Shown piece after piece: positions 57,243 to 60,396 of a stretch of DNA of 60,396 bases (positions are counted from its first letter, which is position 1; the number at the start of each line of letters is the position of its first letter). The stretch is from Comamonas sp. lk (GTDB lineage: Bacteria > Pseudomonadota > Gammaproteobacteria > Burkholderiales > Burkholderiaceae_C): assembly GCA_943324505.2 (NCBI GenBank), contig CALPLW020000001.1:1-60396 (forward strand), in the 5' to 3' direction. The notes beneath the pieces are model-generated. The model saw nothing but the letters and a program-made list of their open reading frames with translations. It made no database searches and had not been told where the DNA came from. A program made the position numbers and the translations under genes.

Positions 57243-58531
57243 GTCTCGCCTTTGGTCTTTTTCTAGGGGTGTTTGTGTTCACCCTGCTGCTGTCCATGCC
57301 CGTGGCCTGGGCCATGGGCTTTGCTACCGTGGTCTACCTGGTGGTGTCCGGCCAGTGGGCGATGTTTCCGGTGCTCACCGAAAAACTGTTCCAGGGTATG
57401 GACGCCTTCGTGCTGGTGGCCATCCCGATGTTTCTCTTGGCGGGGGAGATTTTTTCTGAGGGAAAAATCACCCAGCGCCTGGTGGCTTTTGCCGATGCCC
57501 TGTTTGGCTGGATTCGCGGCGGCATTGCCCAAGTGGCAGTTGGCGCCTGCATCTTCTTTGCCGGTATCACTGGCGTGGCGCTGGGAGAAATCGCCGCCCT
57601 GGGGCGCATTTTCATTCCGGCCATGGTCAAGGAGGGCTACCCGGCGCCTCTGGCCGCCGCCATCATCGCTTCGGCGTCGATCATCGGGCCGACCATTCCG
57701 CCCTCGCTGCCCATCATCATTTATGGCTCGGTGACCAACGTGTCCATTGGTGGCATGTTTGCCGCAGCGGTGGTGCCTGGCCTGCTGATTGGCGCGGCCA
57801 ATATGCTCTTGATTGCCTGGTTGTCCAAGCGGCTGGGTATCAAGCCCCGCCGCTCTGACCATTCGCTGGCGACCATTGCACGCACCGGCTGGGGCGCCTT
57901 GTTGCCCCTGGGCATGCCAGTGCTGATTCTGGCCAGCATTCTGGGGGGCTTGATGACGCCCACCGAGGCCTCGGGCAGTTCTGTGGCCTACGCCATGGTG
58001 TGCGCCTTTGTGATTTACCGCTCTTTGTCGATGTCCGCTTTGCCGGCAATTCTGTCGCGGGTGGGCCTTTTTAGCGGTCAGCTCATCATCATCGTGGCTT
58101 GTGGTTCCGCGCTGGCTTGGGTGCTGGGTTTTGAAAACACCACCTCGCGCCTGTCGGCGGCGGTGGTCAGCTGGGACCTGGGGCCGATCGGCATCATGCT
58201 GGTGGCCAATGTGGTCATGCTCATCCTTGGCATGTTCATTGACCCATCCACGTCGATCATTTTGTTTGGCCCCATTCTGGCGGCTGCGGCCAGTGCGGCA
58301 GGCATTGACCCGCTGCACTTTGGGGTGGTGATGATCCTCAACCTCAATATTGGCCTGATCACGCCGCCCCTGGGGGTCTCGCTGTTCGCGGCAGAGCGCA
58401 TTGCGGGTTGTGGTTTGTCGGCGGTGATCCGCGCCGTGATCCCGTTCATCATCGTCAACATCTGTGCTTTGGTGCTGGTCTCTTGCATCCCCGCAATCAG
58501 CTTGTGGCTGCCTCGAATGGCGGGCTTTTGA
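57239..58531 (+). CDS. TRAP transporter large permease (DctM)
   Basis: AIPMFLLAG, GPTIPPS, TPTEA, GIDPLHFG and ITPP.G motifs. Confidence 0.92.
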   Translation: MSLAFGLFLGVFVFTLLLSMPVAWAMGFATVVYLVVSGQWAMFPVLTEKLFQGMDAFVLVAIPMFLLAGEIFSEGKITQRLVAFADALFGWIRGGIAQVAVGACIFFAGITGVALGEIAALGRIFIPAMVKEGYPAPLAAAIIASASIIGPTIPPSLPIIIYGSVTNVSIGGMFAAAVVPGLLIGAANMLLIAWLSKRLGIKPRRSDHSLATIARTGWGALLPLGMPVLILASILGGLMTPTEASGSSVAYAMVCAFVIYRSLSMSALPAILSRVGLFSGQLIIIVACGSALAWVLGFENTTSRLSAAVVSWDLGPIGIMLVANVVMLILGMFIDPSTSIILFGPILAAAASAAGIDPLHFGVVMILNLNIGLITPPLGVSLFAAERIAGCGLSAVIRAVIPFIIVNICALVLVSCIPAISLWLPRMAGF

Positions 58532-58685
58532 GGCCTGACGGCTACCGGGCTGGCCGGGTGTTGAGCACCATCTGGATCTGTGCCACGGGTAATCGGGGAC
58601 AGACTCCAATTAAATCCCCGGATGTTGCGCGGATTCAAAGCTTCCATGAGCCAACGACCAGCTGCGCGAAGATAGGCCTGTTCAG

Positions 58686-58706
58686 TATCTCGATTTGAGA
58701 TATACT
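58686..58706 (+). promoter_or_regulatory. higBA operator palindrome and -10 element
   Basis: TATCTC-gattt-GAGATA inverted repeat overlapping TATACT, which ends 6 nt before the toxin ATG. Confidence 0.55.
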
Positions 58707-58712
58707 GGCACA

Positions 58713-59000
58713 ATGAAAATCATCAGCAACAGTGCGCTAAGGGCATTTGCGGCTGAGCACCCTCAAGCCGATGCACCCCTAAAGGGTTGGAGACGCGTGG
58801 TTGAGAAGAACCGGTATGCAAATTGGAGTGACCTCAAAGCATCCTTCAACTCTGTGGACCGAGTCGGCGATCTAGTGGTGTTCGATATTGGCGGCAATAA
58901 ATATCGGCTAATTTCATACATTCGTTTCGAGAAGCAAATCGTTTACATCAAGGCGGTGTTAACTCACCAAGAATATGACAAAGGAGCATGGAAGCCATGA
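58713..59000 (+). CDS. higB: HigB-family toxin (mRNA interferase)
   Basis: MKIIS...LR.F...HP.A..PL..W, VFDIGGNKYRLI and LTH.EYDK motifs. Confidence 0.9.
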   Translation: MKIISNSALRAFAAEHPQADAPLKGWRRVVEKNRYANWSDLKASFNSVDRVGDLVVFDIGGNKYRLISYIRFEKQIVYIKAVLTHQEYDKGAWKP

Positions 59001-59410
59001 ACGCAATGATTGACATGCAAAAACTTCTTCCAGCTTGGGAGCAGTTTCGTGCTGCCACAGACATTTCCACGATTCGAGATGAGGCCCATTACGCCCGGAT
59101 GACGCAGATGCTAGAGGGCCTTTTGGTTGAGGCAGGGGGTGATGAACGTCATCCCATCATGGGGCTTGTGGATATCGTTGGCGACCTGATAGAAGACTAC
59201 GAGACAGAGCAACACCACCTACCTGAAACCAATGGGATTGATGCACTGAAATTTCTGATGGAACAACACGGCCTAAAGCAAGGCGACCTGAAAGAGATTG
59301 GAAGTCAAGGCGTGGTTTCAGAAATTTTGGCTGGCAAGCGTGAACTCAACGTTAGGCAAGTGCGCGCCCTTAGTGAGCGTTTCGGGGTTTCCACCGCAAC
59401 CTTCTTGTAA
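58997..59410 (+). CDS. higA: HigA-family antitoxin (C-terminal HTH)
   Basis: I..E..Y, LIEDYE, LKFLMEQHGLKQ.DL..IGSQGVVSEIL.GKREL motifs; ATGA overlap with the toxin stop. Confidence 0.9.
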   Translation: MNAMIDMQKLLPAWEQFRAATDISTIRDEAHYARMTQMLEGLLVEAGGDERHPIMGLVDIVGDLIEDYETEQHHLPETNGIDALKFLMEQHGLKQGDLKEIGSQGVVSEILAGKRELNVRQVRALSERFGVSTATFL

Positions 59411-59420
59411 AAAACAAGTA

Positions 59421-59474
59421 AAAAGTGCCTCTAGCCCTTGTCGCATATAGCTTTTTAGCTATCTATAATATAGC
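59421..59474. repeat. 54-bp dispersed motif, copy C (overlaps the desaturase stop codon)
   Basis: aaaagtgcctCTAGcccttgtcgcatatagctttttAGCTatctataataTAGC. Shares the exact run GCCTCTAGCCCTTGTC with copy A. Confidence 0.7.
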
Positions 59475-60395
59475 AAAAGCCATCGGCAGCGGTTTGCTCA
59501 GCAGCGCCAGCCCGGTCCAGCCCAGCGCCGCAGCTGCGGTGGCCACGGCTGCTGCTTGCACCAGCAGCACCTCGCCCATGTTCAGCCGCCCCTGCAGCAG
59601 GGCGCCCAGTGCCCAGTAGCTCACCAGCAGCGTCAAGCTGCAAATGGCGACTTGGCTGGGCGGCCAGTTGCCAGCCTGCCACAGCACCGCCGCCACGCCC
59701 AGCAGCAGCGTGCTGAACTGCAGGCTGGCGAACCAAGCCACGACAGGCGCCAATGGTGGGTCAAAGGTCTGCACCCGCGCCAGGTCGAACGCGGGCTTGG
59801 GCCATCGCGCCGCCACATCGGCCGGGCGCCAACCCGGCGGCATCAGCCAGACCCGCAACTTGTCGGCCCAATCTTGCGCGCGCCAGCTGTCGGACAGCAG
59901 CACCCAATAGACCTGGGCATTGGCCCACAGCGGGTCCCAGCTGTTGAGCGGCATGCGCGTGCCGTAGATGCAGGGCTCAGCATCAGCCTCGGCCTGGAAG
60001 GTGCCAAACAGCCGGTCCCACAGCACCAGCATGCCGCCGTAGTTCTTGTCCAGGTAGCGGTCATTGACGGCATGGTGCACCCGGTGGTTGGACGGTGAGC
60101 AGAACACCCGGTCAAACCAGCCGAGTTTGCCGATCTGCTCGGTGTGTACCCAGAACTGGTAGAGCAGGTCGATCAGCGCCACGATGCCAAAAATCAGCGG
60201 CGGCACCCCAGCCACCGCCATCGGCAGGTAAAACACCCAGCCCAGCAGGGCGCCGCTGCTGGTCTGGCGCAGCGCGGTGGACAGGTTGTACTGCTGGCTT
60301 TGGTGGTGTACGCTGTGCGCCGCCCACAGCACCGCCACCCGGTGCCCGCCACGGTGCAGCCAGTAGTAGCAAAAATCGTAAAACAGCAGCGCCAG
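59463..60395 (-). CDS. Sterol desaturase / fatty acid hydroxylase family protein (alkylglycerol-monooxygenase-like); 5' end outside the window
   Basis: DFCYYWLHRGGH, WAAHSVHHQS..YNLSTALRQ, QFWVHTE, PSNHRVHH and DKNYGG..WDRLFGT His boxes. Confidence 0.88.
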   Translation of the reverse strand: MALLFYDFCYYWLHRGGHRVAVLWAAHSVHHQSQQYNLSTALRQTSSGALLGWVFYLPMAVAGVPPLIFGIVALIDLLYQFWVHTEQIGKLGWFDRVFCSPSNHRVHHAVNDRYLDKNYGGMLVLWDRLFGTFQAEADAEPCIYGTRMPLNSWDPLWANAQVYWVLLSDSWRAQDWADKLRVWLMPPGWRPADVAARWPKPAFDLARVQTFDPPLAPVVAWFASLQFSTLLLGVAAVLWQAGNWPPSQVAICSLTLLVSYWALGALLQGRLNMGEVLLVQAAAVATAAAALGWTGLALLSKPLPMAFAIL

Positions 60396-60396
60396 C

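Noticed and set aside
1-60396. CRISPR array, tRNA or rRNA genes
   Set aside because: No regularly spaced direct repeats, cloverleaf motifs or rRNA signatures seen by eye. A short tRNA could be missed, but intergenic space is small.

Overview
GC-rich betaproteobacterial chromosome segment; the housekeeping proteins and gene order look like Comamonadaceae (inference). The backbone holds a DUF1800 gene (partial), cysK, RNase P RNA (rnpB), an M14 murein peptide amidase, a pseudouridine synthase, a Nudix-MBL fusion, Bug, CMD, dapF-DUF484-xerC, rplM-rpsI, DUF6776-bactofilin-erpA, anmK-M23, tyrS-dtd, ybeY-phoH and ruvA/ruvB split by an alpha-carbonic anhydrase. Three accessory blocks are embedded. 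(1) A ~20 kb GntR-associated catabolic island (5508-25758) with two ABC importers, two divergent YrdC/Sua5-like paralogues, a tandem PuuE-like deacetylase, a tandem alpha/beta-hydrolase lacking the Ser nucleophile, an old yellow enzyme, a VOC protein, MmgE/PrpD, an amidase, a CoA-transferase and an HMG-CoA-lyase-like enzyme. Four TTGYATGCAW palindromes sit at its two divergent promoters. This is the best candidate for an undescribed pathway. (2) An orphan PhnD-like binding protein, two hybrid kinases and an HD-GYP regulator, followed by an IS5 remnant and a stand-alone BLUF protein. (3) A LysR / kynureninase-like / hydantoinase-oxoprolinase / TRAP cluster, then higBA. Other oddities are an in-frame TAG in rplM and a 54-bp dispersed motif (CTAG...GCTA-N9-TAGC) present three times, twice overlaid on coding sequence. 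No CRISPR array, tRNA or rRNA was seen. All calls come from motif recognition by eye; no database searches were run.
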